From: Rotaria socialis
Taxonomy: Eukaryota
DNA: 64,000 nucleotides
Assembly (NCBI GenBank): GCA_905331295.1
Contig: CAJNYD010000074.1
Span: 248,001 to 312,000 of the forward strand
Direction: 5' to 3'
Shown here: positions 41,752 to 54,888 of the stretch, one piece after another
Layout of the letters: the number at the start of each line of letters is the position of its first letter
Numbering within the stretch: the stretch's first letter is position 1
Program-made: the position numbers and the translations under genes
The notes under the pieces: model-generated
Told to the model about the DNA's origin: nothing
The model's database searches: none
The model's input: only the letters and a program-made list of their open reading frames with translations

Positions 41752-43518
41752 ATGGAGCAAATACGTTGGAATGAAAAATGTATTGAATTTCGAAATCTAG
41801 TTGATAATTCGACTATAAAAAAACCAACACTCGGTAGATGATCATGTTTATAATAAAAAGTAAAATGTTAATCTTTTTTTCTCTCAGTTCAAATTGGAAA
41901 TCAAGCAACTGTAGTTGGTATTAAAATAAGTGGACAATTTATTGTAGCATCCCCATGCAGATCTTCTAATGATCAATTTATACCTATGGAACAAGAATTG
42001 ATTTTATCAAGCAAACATCTAGGTTTTTCTATTTCCTTCTAAAATTGATATTTTAATCTAAAACTATTGTTTTATTTTACTATATTAGGCACATGGAAAG
42101 TTATATATAAAGGAACATTGAAAAAAAGAAGCTATATTCATCGTTTAACGACAACCGATATTGAACGAATCTATATACTAGATGCCGAAAAAGAACGTTC
42201 AAAACTTCGTTCATATATTTGTATGAAGTCTATAGAAGCGTTTGATCTTACGACTCACAATGAAGGTAAGCGAACATTGATTTTTAATTATTTTAATCAT
42301 AGTAGTTTTTCTTTTTCTCTGTCGTTTTAAGAAGATATAACTGTTGCTGATGGACAACGAATCGATCGGAAAATGAAACGAATCGAAGAAAATGTTGAAT
42401 TTGAAGTGTATGACATCGGTGAAGTTGAATATACACCCAGAGAAGGTGAACGAACATCGCAAGATTATGTAGCAGCACCAAAAATCAAAACACGTAAATT
42501 TCCATTTCTCATGTCGTCTGGTAAAGATAGAGAATTATTAATACGTAATCGTCTTCTACGTACATTATATTGTGTAACCAAAAATGAAACTCATCAACGT
42601 CGTTTTCTTCTTGAAGTCAATGAACAACCATGTGATATACGTCCAATTGCTTCGACAGGATCAACAGAACTACGTTATCTACAAAGTACACAGAATCTAT
42701 TTAATTACATATTAAGTTATGATAATACTATTCCTCTTTGTGTCAAATTAATTCGAGGTAGATTGATTCACTTGAAAAAATATTAGAAGACAATTTTGGC
42801 TTTTTTAGGTGAATTACCAGTTAAGGCAGCTGACGTGGGTGATTATTTGATATTTCGGAGAGTTTTAACTGGCGATCATGTTCCTCTATGTCGTGTTAGA
42901 GATCTTAAAATATCACTTGCTAGTCCAGATCTTCCTCTTAGGCTCAAATTACCCATCGATGAAAATAGATGGCATTCAATACCTGAAGTTCATTCAGCTG
43001 AACTAGTCTGTATGCAACTATCTTTGGCATTATTCTCTCGATTCGAATCAGAAGTTTATGTTAGAATTGAAGGTGAATCCTCTGTAGCTATTGATGTGAA
43101 ATCAAATAATAATCGAAAGTCATTGCATTCACACAAATCAGTTGATTTTGTTGAAAAACAAGTTGGTGAATGGGAAGTCGCTTCTCATGATCAAATACCA
43201 ACATCTAAATCTCAAAATAGTTTTAATTGTGCAGAGCCAAGATATATAGAAGTTGTTTCCGCTGCTGATAAAACTATGGCACTTCAACAAGCAACAAAAA
43301 TGTTAGGAGCAAAATCATCTATGCATCCTGTTTCGGATATGCTTTATCGTGATCATGACAGACGATTAAGAGAAAACGATGTTCAATGTGAACAAGAACA
43401 TTCAAAATCACCAGCTGGAAGATCGAATCCAAGTCAACGAAAGACGACAAGAGACAAATCTAAAACGTCATCACTACAATTGTTATCGTCTACTACTTAT
43501 CAGAGTACAAAAAAATAA
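41752..43518 (+). CDS. CABIT-domain-like (GAREM/Serrano-type) protein; exons 41752-41833, 41888-42022, 42089-42265, 42332-42757, 42809-43518
   Basis: Continuous spliced frame. RWNEKCIEFRNLV..KPTLVQI, ILSSKHLGTW, LRTLYC, IPLCVKLIRGELP and PDLPLRL resemble CABIT motifs. The gene model is secure; the family call is tentative. Confidence 0.55.
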
Positions 43519-44112
43519 AAAATAAACATAGCATTAGCTACACAAGGACACCAAACAAAGGAATCGAACAATTTTCAAGAAGTTCGTTTTTTCATTGTTT
43601 TTGTAAAAATACATTTTCGCTGATCAAATACTATTACTCGCATCGATACTTGCAATCAAACATATTTTAAAATACAACAAACGTTTAAATGAGAAAAAAG
43701 CAAAAAAAATAAGAGAGGGCCTTTGTGTAAACATTATAGCAACTGCTTATGGACCCTTGACATATGCCCAGAAATTTCAAAAAAGCAAACAGACAAAGTA
43801 AAATTGTTACTGAGACGGTAAAAATTGAATATAAACTTTTCGAAGGTTAGAATGAAACCAATAACTTCCTAGCTTTTAGTTGTTTTTAAGAAGAATTCCC
43901 ATTTAATTATGACTTTTCAAACACGTCGTCAATAAAAATAAAAAATTTGCAAACTATATGTCTGTTGCAAAGAAAAATGTTATATACTTTTTCGGTGTCT
44001 TTGTTGTGTCTTATATATTATTTTTTTTGCAATATTATAGATAAGCATTTATAGATCATTCGATAAGTTAACAACGTGATCCTTCTTATCGTAATCTATT
44101 AGAATTTTCAAT

Positions 44113-46138
44113 ATGCCTCGTCCTATCATACCAAATCCTTGGCAGTAAGTCAACCTAAATTTTCAATTAAATCGACATATAACATGATTAGTTTTACTTG
44201 ATCTATTAAAGAATCGGTGATTCAGATAGCGATGGGGAAATTAATAACGGATACGATGCATTCATGTCGTTGCCACCAAAACCAACAAAATCAAACGTAG
44301 ATTGAAGACAAATATACATATATGCATATTCTCACTTCTCTCTCCCCCCCTTCACTTTTAGACTTTAGCACGAAGAAGTGAACCAATACTTCCTGATTGG
44401 CATCCAATAGACGATGAGATAAAAAATAAAGGTATGATCATAAAAATAAACGACCATTATCGTATTTCATATCACACGAACATATAGGAAAGTTTGGTAT
44501 CACGAAGACAACGCCATTGTTTGAGAAAGGACCATCATCTCATAAACCCGTTTTCTCGGGATTCAGAGATTTAAAACAATCATTACCATCATCTCATACA
44601 AACTTACGGTCAATGTCAGAACATAAAACGGTAATTATCAAACTTTTCAAATTCACAACTAACTATTTTCCTTAAAATATTCAGCCGTTACCTCTGCCTA
44701 CACTGTCAAGTTTGGATCCGATTTCATCTATCGAACAAGATTTAACAAAATTTATTTACATGAACATACCAGAAGATCACTCATCATTTATTCATTGTAC
44801 TCTTCGACGTGATAAAACTGGTATACAAAAAGGATTTTTCCCAACATTCTATTTATATATTCATCGTCCTGATAATGGAAAAAAGGTTTGGCATTAAAAA
44901 TAAGAAAACAAATAAATATATTAATTTCTTCTTTATTTTTTCAGATTTTTCTCTTAGCAGCACGAAAAGTACCTAAAATAAGTAGTCTAGCCGAATATTT
45001 AATTACAACTGATATTGAAACCCTATCTGAAAAATCAGGTGGTAATGGATGCGTTGGAAAATTACGAGAAAATAATTTGAAAGGTACGGCCTATACATTG
45101 TATGACAATGGTAAAAGTCCCAACAAAGTAAATAAGTCCAATGCTAACAAGAAACACGGTTTACGGCGTGAACTAATATCTGTATTCTATGTAAATATGA
45201 AAATGTTAATATTTTATTCACAAAAATTTAGCATTCGATTTATCGAGTTAAAAACTCTCAATTTCAAGCTAGTGTATCTCTATGTTAAAATCGTTTAGAC
45301 ATGAATTTTTACTTGGATAACGAAATTCATAGTTGATTCACAAAAATATTGTTCGTTGAAATTTAATTTACTTTTGGAAAAAAAAAAGTCTTCAGTATTA
45401 TATATTGTCCTGATATGTTAGAGTGTACTGTAGCTTTGCGTCATTTTTCCGAAAGAGCATTATTATATGAGAACGAGATTAATCATAGATATCTATTATT
45501 TTAATTCACTCGAATCAGAAATTTTCAGAAATTGTTTTTAATATTTTCTAGAATACGAATCTTTTTGGTCTCAAAGGTCCAAGACAAATCAATGCTGTAA
45601 TACCTGAAATCGGTTATGATATTCAACCAACAAAGGTATATTGTACATATTATTTTCTTCATATAAATAGAAATTTTCTCCTATAAATATTAGTATGAGG
45701 ATACAATTCTTGATCTATGGCGAGATAGACGACTCAGTTATTTGATTCAATTACGAAATCGAGAACCAACGCCTAACGAGGGTAAAAAATACAATCTTGC
45801 GTATTTTTAACTTACACATTTTGTTTTTCGTTTACCAAGGAAAAAAAGGTCATACACTTCAATTCATTGGTTATGATGAAATTCAATCATCAGTTAAAAA
45901 CTTTCAAATAATTGTGGAAAATAAAGATCGTATGTTATATATATATATATATATATTGAATTAAACTTTTTAATTTACTTTTTATTCTTAACAATATATA
46001 GATGAAGAACAGATTGTTATGCAATTCGGTCGTACGGGAGATAATACATTCCTGCTAGATTATCGTTATCCTCTTTCAGCTATTCAAGCGTTTGGTATTG
46101 CACTGAGTGCATTCGATAGTGGAATATCACGAGAATGA
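44113..46138 (+). CDS. Tubby-like protein (divergent), multi-exon
   Basis: [96 protein letters not shown] at 46136-46138. Confidence 0.92.
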
Positions 46139-47765
46139 ACAAGCAATCTTCTATTTTATAATTACAAATCAGTATTTCAAGTGTTAAAATCAAACTCATT
46201 TTTTTTTCAACTTGATGTATAGATTGGTTTTGTTTCGTTTTACCACTTACATTGCCGAGGAACTACACTGATAAAAAACAAATTTGATTTATTTGCAGAT
46301 GCTCTACGAAAAAGATAAGTAATGAAGAGTGAATTTATACTTCATCTTTTTGGCTAGAATTAAAAGAGAAGTCTAATTATTTATAGGAGATAGTATTATA
46401 TTTAGGCTTGGAAACGCGGAAATGATATATACTTACATATTTGATTAGAAAGAAAAACTTAATTGTTCATCATAATGATAGTAGACTTAAAACTGCTCTA
46501 GGAACGACTCTTCTGAATGTGGATAAAAGGTTAAATACTTACCTAATTCAATGGAAATTACAATTCAAATAATAATAATAGTATTAATGATGAAAAATTC
46601 TATTGAATTGTAACGGAAAATAAAGCAATCAAAATGGGGCCTAAGAATGAAAGTTGAACTTCATAATTCATCAAGATATAAGACATGGAAAAGAGAACAC
46701 TTTAGTATAGACATACATTTATAAGGGTATTTAACGAGAATATATCGTATGTGATACTGTAACTAATTGATCAATGAATTTGTCATAATGTATATTTAAA
46801 TTGAACACTCAAATGTTCTCAATGATGCTTAGTCTAGAATTGTTCTAATAAACGAATTAGAATATTTCGAAATCGATACTCCATGACATGTTTTTGAAGT
46901 TTTTTGAATCCGAACGTTGTTATCATTTCGCACCTAAAATCACGAGGACCCATCAAAGGAAAACATATTTACTTCTATATTAATATTCAATCTATATGAA
47001 GAAAAAAATAAGCGCTACGATTGTATGATATAATGTACAATTAACGATTGATACAATTTTTGTGATGAGTTGTATCATTAGCACATACATATATGATGAT
47101 TTTTATAGATATCATATAGATGTTTTTCTCTTATCAATGGTTATTAATAGAAGAAATTATTGATTATGCTGCTTTGATAGCTAAAAAAAATAAAAACAGC
47201 TTCAAATAATGTGTGCTCGTAATAGAACGGGTTACCTACAGAGGTGCTATATTCAATTATGATTGTAATGTAGCTCCCTCTTTCGTGGACGCATTTTTTG
47301 TATAAAAAAAAACATTTTCTCCAATGAACAAAGAAAAAAAACGAAATAAAAGAAATACATAAATGAATCAATACTAACATGTTTGTCTTTACTGTGTTGT
47401 TTATCGAATGATAGTGTTTTTTTTGGTCGCTATTGACGTTCAAAAACATCATTCATCTTGAATAATTACGAATGATCTGGGTTTCTTTATTTATTACATC
47501 ATATCAATCCGTTTACTAGTCCTGCTTTTTTCTTTCTATATTAAATCGATGAATATTGATTGAAATCATTTTGACACACATATGTATATGTATATAGATA
47601 CGCTCAATAAGATCTTATCGACCGTAGACTCTCCATGAGAGATAGAGAGAGAGAGAAAGGGAAAAAGAGAAAAAAGAGAGACATGTCAGCATGTATATAT
47701 CTTTAATCATACAATATTTTACTTTCGAACGGATGAGTGAAACATATATCAATCATTTATTTTAG

Positions 47766-50700
47766 ATGGCCGCGATCAATGTATATCATACGAGCGTAAC
47801 AACAGACAATCTTAGTCGTAATGATATTCTACAATGGATAAATACAGCACTCGATGCTAATTACATAAAAATTGAAGATCTTTGTACCGGTAGGTGAAAT
47901 TTAATTCTTTTTTTAATATTCAAAACTACATTGAGTGTGCTAAATTTTATTTTGATTAGGTGCTGCATATTGTCAATTTATGGAAATGATGTTTCCAGGT
48001 AAAATTGAAGCTCATATGCATGTATAGATCTAACACTTAGTAAATACTTACGAAAATTTTATTCTAGGTGCTATAGGTACACGTTCAAAACGGGTCAAAT
48101 GGAATACAAAACTTGAGCATGAATTTATTAATAATTTTAAAGTATTACAAGAATATTTTAAAGCACTTTCCGTAGAAAAGGTAGAGATTTAATTTAATAG
48201 ATATGATCACATACGCATACATATGATTAATCTCTCTCTTTTTCTCTTTGGTGATTGATTGATACACGCTACTCGTAGCTTTAGTGTTTAGACAGAAGAA
48301 AAATTGTTTTTTTTGATTTTTTTCTAGGTTCATTACAAATAAAAAGAGTGAAATTCAATGCCAAATTAGAACATGAAAATATACAAAATTTTAAAATTTT
48401 ACAAAATGCATTTCGTGCTGTACAAGTAGATAAGGTGTGCATGAGAAAGACAAAAAGAGAGATTGTTATACATGTGTTTGCCTGTGATTCTATTCTAAAG
48501 GAGAAGAAAAAAAACAGTCATTTTTTTCATAATGTTTATTATATAGATTGTACCAGTCGAAAAATTGGTAAAAGGAAAATTTCAAGATAATTTTGAATTC
48601 GTTCAATGGTTTAAAAAATTCTTTGATGCTAACTATACGGATGCTCATGATTATGACCCGGTAGCTGCTCGTGATGGACAGTAAGTCTTTGTTATTCTCA
48701 TATCAGATAGTCGAAAATAGGAGCAACTTATTTGTTTTTAATTTAGACCATTGGGAAGTGGTGGAAAAGCACTCGGTCCAGGAGCAGGAGGTAGTTCTTC
48801 AGGTGCTCGTGTAGTACCTGCTGCTCGACCAGCACCACCAAAAGTTGTTCCTCAACCAATAGCACGACCAACAACTACCAGTAAATTTATTTCAACAAAT
48901 TGTTATTTTCTCTATAATAAGAATTTTTATTTTATTAGCAAAACCTATCCAACAACAACAACCAAAGATTACACCAGTAGCTCATCGAGTACCAGTACCA
49001 GCACCAGCACCAGCACCAGCACCTGTACACCATGCAACTACTGTTATTGGTAATGGTCATCATCAAAATGCACGATTACAACAAGAAGTAAGCTTATACT
49101 GATTTGAATAGTATAGTTGTTAGTGTAAAAGATTTTATTAGATTGATAATTTACAAGATCTTATTCAACAACATGCAGGACAAATAGCTGGTTTAGAAAA
49201 AGAGCGGGATTTCTATTATCAAAAATTACGTGATGTCGAAATGATTTGCCAAGAGCCAGACTATGAATCATCACCAGCAGTACAAAAAGTTCTTGAAATA
49301 CTTTATGCTACAGAAGTAAGTAAAAGATATTTCAATAAAATGCTTCTTGCTTTGAGTCGATAATATATATGCTCGAGTTCTCTGGGGAAATCAGGATCAA
49401 AATTTTCAAAATTCATTTTGTTTTTGTTCCTTCCCAGTCATCTTTCATTGCACAATGATGATTTTTTTATCACTACTTGTTCAAAGTGTCCTCTGTCGAA
49501 TCACGAAATAATCATTAAAAAATATTATACCGGTAAAAGGTATCAGTCAAAATGGTAAAAGTAGCGTGGGACTGATCCGAATTACCTCATGTGGGGTAAT
49601 TCAGATCACTACAGCTATTTTCGCTGGTAATCATTTTTGAAACCTCTATCGTGTCTACAATGCAAAATCGATGACTGAGCCCTGAAGAAAAGTTGTTCGT
49701 CTTGGTCTTCTCCATCTGATACTGCAAAAAATTATTTCATACCACCAATAAAATTTTAGACTAATTAATGTATGCACACAAAAAATCGTTTACTTTTCTG
49801 ATGTACCCCGTCTGCCTTTCATTAAGTACTCTTATTAAAGAAAAGATTGTAGAAAAAATAGGTCGAGTAGCTCTAACGCAGAAATGTTTGAACTACAAAA
49901 TGGTATGTAGAAATCAACGAAAAAAAAACTGGTCACTACTTGATATATTGAGAAAACTAACCAGTATACATAGGTTTCTTATATTTCTGGCACGTATTCA
50001 GCATTTAACGATGAAAAAAATGTTATTCGGAGAAAAACTACTACGACATTCCGAATCAACATTCAAAACTGAGTACATATACGTATATTTCAAATCTTTT
50101 TGTAGAACTTTTTTTCATCGAAAAATTGAGTCCTCGTACCCTCAGGGTTCAAGAACTTCGAAACAACTGTTGTAAGGTATATCTAACGTGACCTTTGAAT
50201 CATTATGATATTTTAAACCTTGCACATGTTATATCTACTATTTAGAAAAGCTTTTGATCACATTCGATTTTTTCTTGTTCTGGGAGGTACCCGGACTGAA
50301 TTTTTTTATGGAAAATAAACGTTTTACAAAACCATTTGAAATATATGTATTTGCACTCAGTTTTGCATGCTGATTCGGAATATCGTATTATTTTTTCTCC
50401 GAATAACATTTGTTTGACTGTTAAATGCTGAATACGTGTCAGAAATATAAAAAATCGACGTGTATGCGTTAGTTCTCACCATATTTCAAGTAGTGACCAA
50501 CGTTTTCCGTTGATATTTTCATAGCACCTTGCAGCCCAAACATTTCTATGTCAGTGATACTCAAAGTATGTCTTCTCGAACCTTTTCTTTAGTTGGGATG
50601 CTTAAGGGAAGACAGGTGGGTGTATGAAAAGAGTGCACATTTTTTGTGTAAATCCATTAATTGGTCTTAAACTTTATCGGTTGCATGAAGTAATGTTTCT

Positions 50701-51648
50701 TCTGTAGGATGAAATGGAGGAAAGCGAGACGAACAACTTTTCTTCAGAGCTCAGTCATCGATTTTGCATTATAGAAACGGTAGAAATTTCAAAAGTGATT
50801 ACTAGCGAAAATAGCTGGATTGGCCTGAATTACTCCAGATAGATTTTCAATTGATTGATAGAGGTGTCCTTGTTGTGAGTATTATATTACAACTGTCGCT
50901 TCAACCGTCGAGATGATTTCAGGTCCCATAGAGGACACTTAGGGCTATCGAATGGTATATTTGCTTTTTACAACTTCGAATAAGAAAAAGGAGTTAGAAG
51001 ATGGGGAAAATGAGCCCAGCCATTTTTGTTGTAGTGATCAGAATTATCCCGCATAAATTCATAGAGTGGTCTGAATTACCCCACATGAGGTAATTCCGAT
51101 CAGCTTCACGCTAGTTTTACCATTTTGACTGATGCTTTTTACCGGTATAATATTTTTCGACGATTCTTTCGTGAATCGACAGAGCACACTTTGAACTAGT
51201 AGTGTTAAGAAAGTCATCATTGTGCAATGCAAAATGATTGAAAAGGAACAAAAACAAAATGAATTTTCAAAATTTTGATCCGAATTACCTCAGAGGACTC
51301 GATGTCCTCTATTATCGATATATTTAAAGGAAAGCTTTCAGATTCCCGATGAAAACGAACATCAAGAAAATATTGTAGAAGAATTTTAAGAAAAGAGGGG
51401 TGTGCTTGAAAAAATGTTTGTTTGTACATGTGTGGGTATTTGTCACTGTCTTTCTATTTATTGGTTACATAGTTTTCTGTATATCTACGTGAATGAGTAC
51501 CTATTCACTAAGATAATTTTCTTTATAGGATGGTTTTGCACAACCTGATCCTGAAATTGGTAATGGTGATTTAGATCATGAAAATGGCGTTATTATTGAT
51601 AATGGTAATGGTTCTAATTCAGTCGGTCTTGATGACGAGACATATTAA
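47766..51648 (+). CDS. MAPRE/EB1: Microtubule end-binding protein EB1/MAPRE with alternative exons 3a (48068-48180) and 3b (48328-48434)
   Basis: [72 protein letters not shown] domain [30 protein letters not shown], and a C-terminal DDETY (EEY-like) tail. Confidence 0.97.
49373..51302. mobile_element. ~1.9-kb foldback (long inverted repeat) element in the last EB1 intron
   Basis: 49373-~49610 is the reverse complement of ~51065-51302, and ~49610-50145 of ~50283-50818. The arms are diverged and no transposase is recognisable. Confidence 0.88.
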
Positions 51649-51861
51649 AACGACGTCAATGTTGCTATTTCGAGAGTTTCTTCCTATTTGCATTCGTATC
51701 CTTCCTGATTTTCTTTCTTTTTGCTTTTTCAACGTTCATCGCTTTTTCTTCTTGTATGGTATAATCATACGCGATTTTTAATATTTTACTTGTTTTTCTT
51801 GAAATACATGCGCGCATTTTTCCTTCCTCTCGAGTATTTGTATCTTTATGTATGTGCATGT

Positions 51862-51887
51862 GTTTGTGTGTGTGTGTGTGTGTGTGT
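51862..51887. repeat. (GT)n microsatellite in the presumed EB1 3' UTR
   Basis: gtgtgtgtgtgtgtgtgtgtgt. Confidence 0.85.
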
Positions 51888-52787
51888 ATGCGAATTAATA
51901 CTAAGAAATAAGAACATGTTTATTAAATATTGACAATATGAATGAAATCTTTTCAATTGCTTTCGTTGTTTCGGTACATTTAAGATAAATAGATAACGAA
52001 CTTTATAGGAACGAAAATCTCTATTGAGATTTATATCTGATTAAATTGTAATTATGAAATAAAGGGATGTTAATTTCATTGGTAACAGTTGATGGTATTA
52101 AAGGCTAATATTTCTGAAGGCTGTTATTCGACTATCTAATATATTACAAGCTGTTTTGCCGAAAGATTGGCACTTATTTTGTACAATTTAAATATCTAGT
52201 TTTACAAAACTAAAATACGAGTTACGAAAAATTCGTTTTGTTGCACTGAAGATTTCATTTAATTAATTTGATAAAGTAAACCAATATTAGTATAATATTT
52301 ATGTTAGTAACAAATGTCAAGAATTTCTACTTATAAGAAAGAAAAATGTAAACAATGATGTAAAGTCAATTTAAAGAATTTGAAAACCTTAAAAAATCTC
52401 TAACGAAAGCTTATAAAATTTATTTGGCTTTTTAGAGCACATTTTCAATTGACAAATGTGCAAATAAATGAGATGCAATAGGAAATCTTCCGGACAAAAA
52501 GAAAAAAATGCATTTGAACATGAAAGAAGACCTTGAGTTCCGCATAACAGCAAGGGCGTACAATTTGATTATACTTTCAATCTTTGTTTAAACTCTAATC
52601 AGTACAACTAGAAACAAATTTTAAATAAGAAAAATCTCCTCCAAATAATTTAATACTTCCAATTGCATGACAAAGCAAAATAATCTACTAAATAACCTAT
52701 TGGCTTTTTTTCAGAAGAACAATTTTATTTATGATATTTATTTAAAAAATCTAGTTAAAATTTACAATTGATCATAAAAAAGAAAAT

Positions 52788-54852
52788 TTAATTATCTTGC
52801 GACAGTGGTTTTATATGTCGAATAGTTCGATGATGATAGCGCCGTTTTTCTTTTTCGTATGACAATATTGAACGATTTTGTGATGCCAAACGCTTTTTAT
52901 TCAATTTCCATGCTAGACTAAATCGACTACTTAAACTTGTTTTGTCACTCCAACATGCGCTACTCTTTTTACTATGTGTAGTAGAAAGATTATCATCAAT
53001 AAATGGTATCGGTTCATCATCATCTAAATGTTCTTTTATAACTGTTTCAATGTTACTATCAAAATAGGATGCACCCGTTGCTGGATAATGATAATAAGCG
53101 GCGGGCACTGGAGATCGAGTGGCTGTAAACATTGAAGTTGATGCTTGTGAACTAAGAGTCTCATTATAACACGACGACAGATTATGGTCCTCTTCTGGAA
53201 TAGCTAACCGTACTGGTGTGTATGCAAGTAAAACGCTAAAAGGAAACAATATTTAAGACCAGTATTGTTATATTATAGATTCTCGTTTACTTCGGCTCTT
53301 TATTTGGAGCTGGTTTCGCTGTTTTATTTATTCGACGATTCTTAGTCGGTGTTTGAGGCCTGAAAAGAAATAAATCAGCCGTATGATGTTTGGCAAAATA
53401 TGTTTTCAGATGAGAACATAAAAAGTAATATTATCTTTATTTAACTTCATCGTTCATTTAAACTTGACTACCGATCAAGCATGATGATATTTTATGTAAT
53501 CAGAAATACTTACGTTTTTCTCACGAAAATACTGATTAGCATGAGTAATACAACAATAAGAACAACTAATGCAAGTAGACAAACGCCATACAACCATATC
53601 GAATCCAATGAAGTTTGTTCTAAAAGACTCGATGGTAAATTAATCTAAAAGTAAGAAAAGTGAAATTTTTTATCATCCATCTACTTCTATATATATTTCA
53701 TTCAATCATACATGATGTTTTATATCTTGATAAAGTTCTTGTTGATTATGTTTAAGTGCAAACAAAAATTGATCATTTGTTAAAGCTATTGCTTGACGGT
53801 AAGGATCTTTAATAAATATTGATACGTATAAATGATCATTATCTAATTGTTCTTGATAACTTTGAATAATAACATGATCGATTCTATTATTTAAAAATTC
53901 ACATTAACAGAAAAGAAAAACTTGAATATTTTTTACTATACCTAATTGAATCTGCATCTTCACTCAGACAATGTTGATGATAATTAAAACAAAATTTACG
54001 AATGATTTTCGCTATGCTCTGGCGTAAAACTCGGTAGATCGACTTTTCAAAATTTTCAATGGTCGTATTTTCAATAATTAAAGTTACACTACCACGATAT
54101 CCATACGACCATAGATTGCTTATTCTCGTGTTATTCATTGACGTTGATATATGATCAAACCAGTTAGACTGCAATACATTAGTGAAATAGAAAAAAAGGC
54201 GCGCTATATCATAAAACAATCAAATGCTCACACATAATTCATTGTCCGTATGGCTATTATTATTTTCGTATATGTTTGCGTCTATTATCGAACAATGATC
54301 TGAAACAAAAACAACAGAAAGAGAAAGAATGAAACAAAAGATTTTGTTCAGATGTTTTACAGTTACTTACCATAATTCTCACTTTGCGTAAATGACGTTC
54401 GAATTTTGTAACGTAATTTTATTGATTTTCTTGTTAATGACTGTAGTTCTAATTGAATATTTAAACTTTGAATTGTAAAACGTAAACCAATCAGAGATAT
54501 TGTCTCTTTGGATGTTACCAAAGATGAATTGAATAAAAAATGCCCAGTCTTATTAACGTCTGAAAATTAAAAATAAATAAATAAATGAAAGAATGCAAAA
54601 TAAATAAATAAATGAATGAATGAATGCAAACTAAATATTCAATGGTCATCAAATGGGCAATAAATCGAGTCTATTAGAAATGAATTTACTTCTCTTTTAC
54701 TTTTAACTGTCTCGACAGATGGACAAAAGAGTATAATTATCGCTTTTTTCTCTTTTTCTGTTCCTCGTCCAATTGATGAGAAGAGAAGTGAGAGTATTTA
54801 CACGTTACTTTTACTATTAAAACAACATGAATCGTAATGACAGGGGGCAGAG

Positions 54853-54888
<36 letters not shown>

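Noticed and set aside
49768..50175. 135-aa ORF inside the foldback element
   Set aside because: No transposase motifs, and it lies within a diverged inverted-repeat arm
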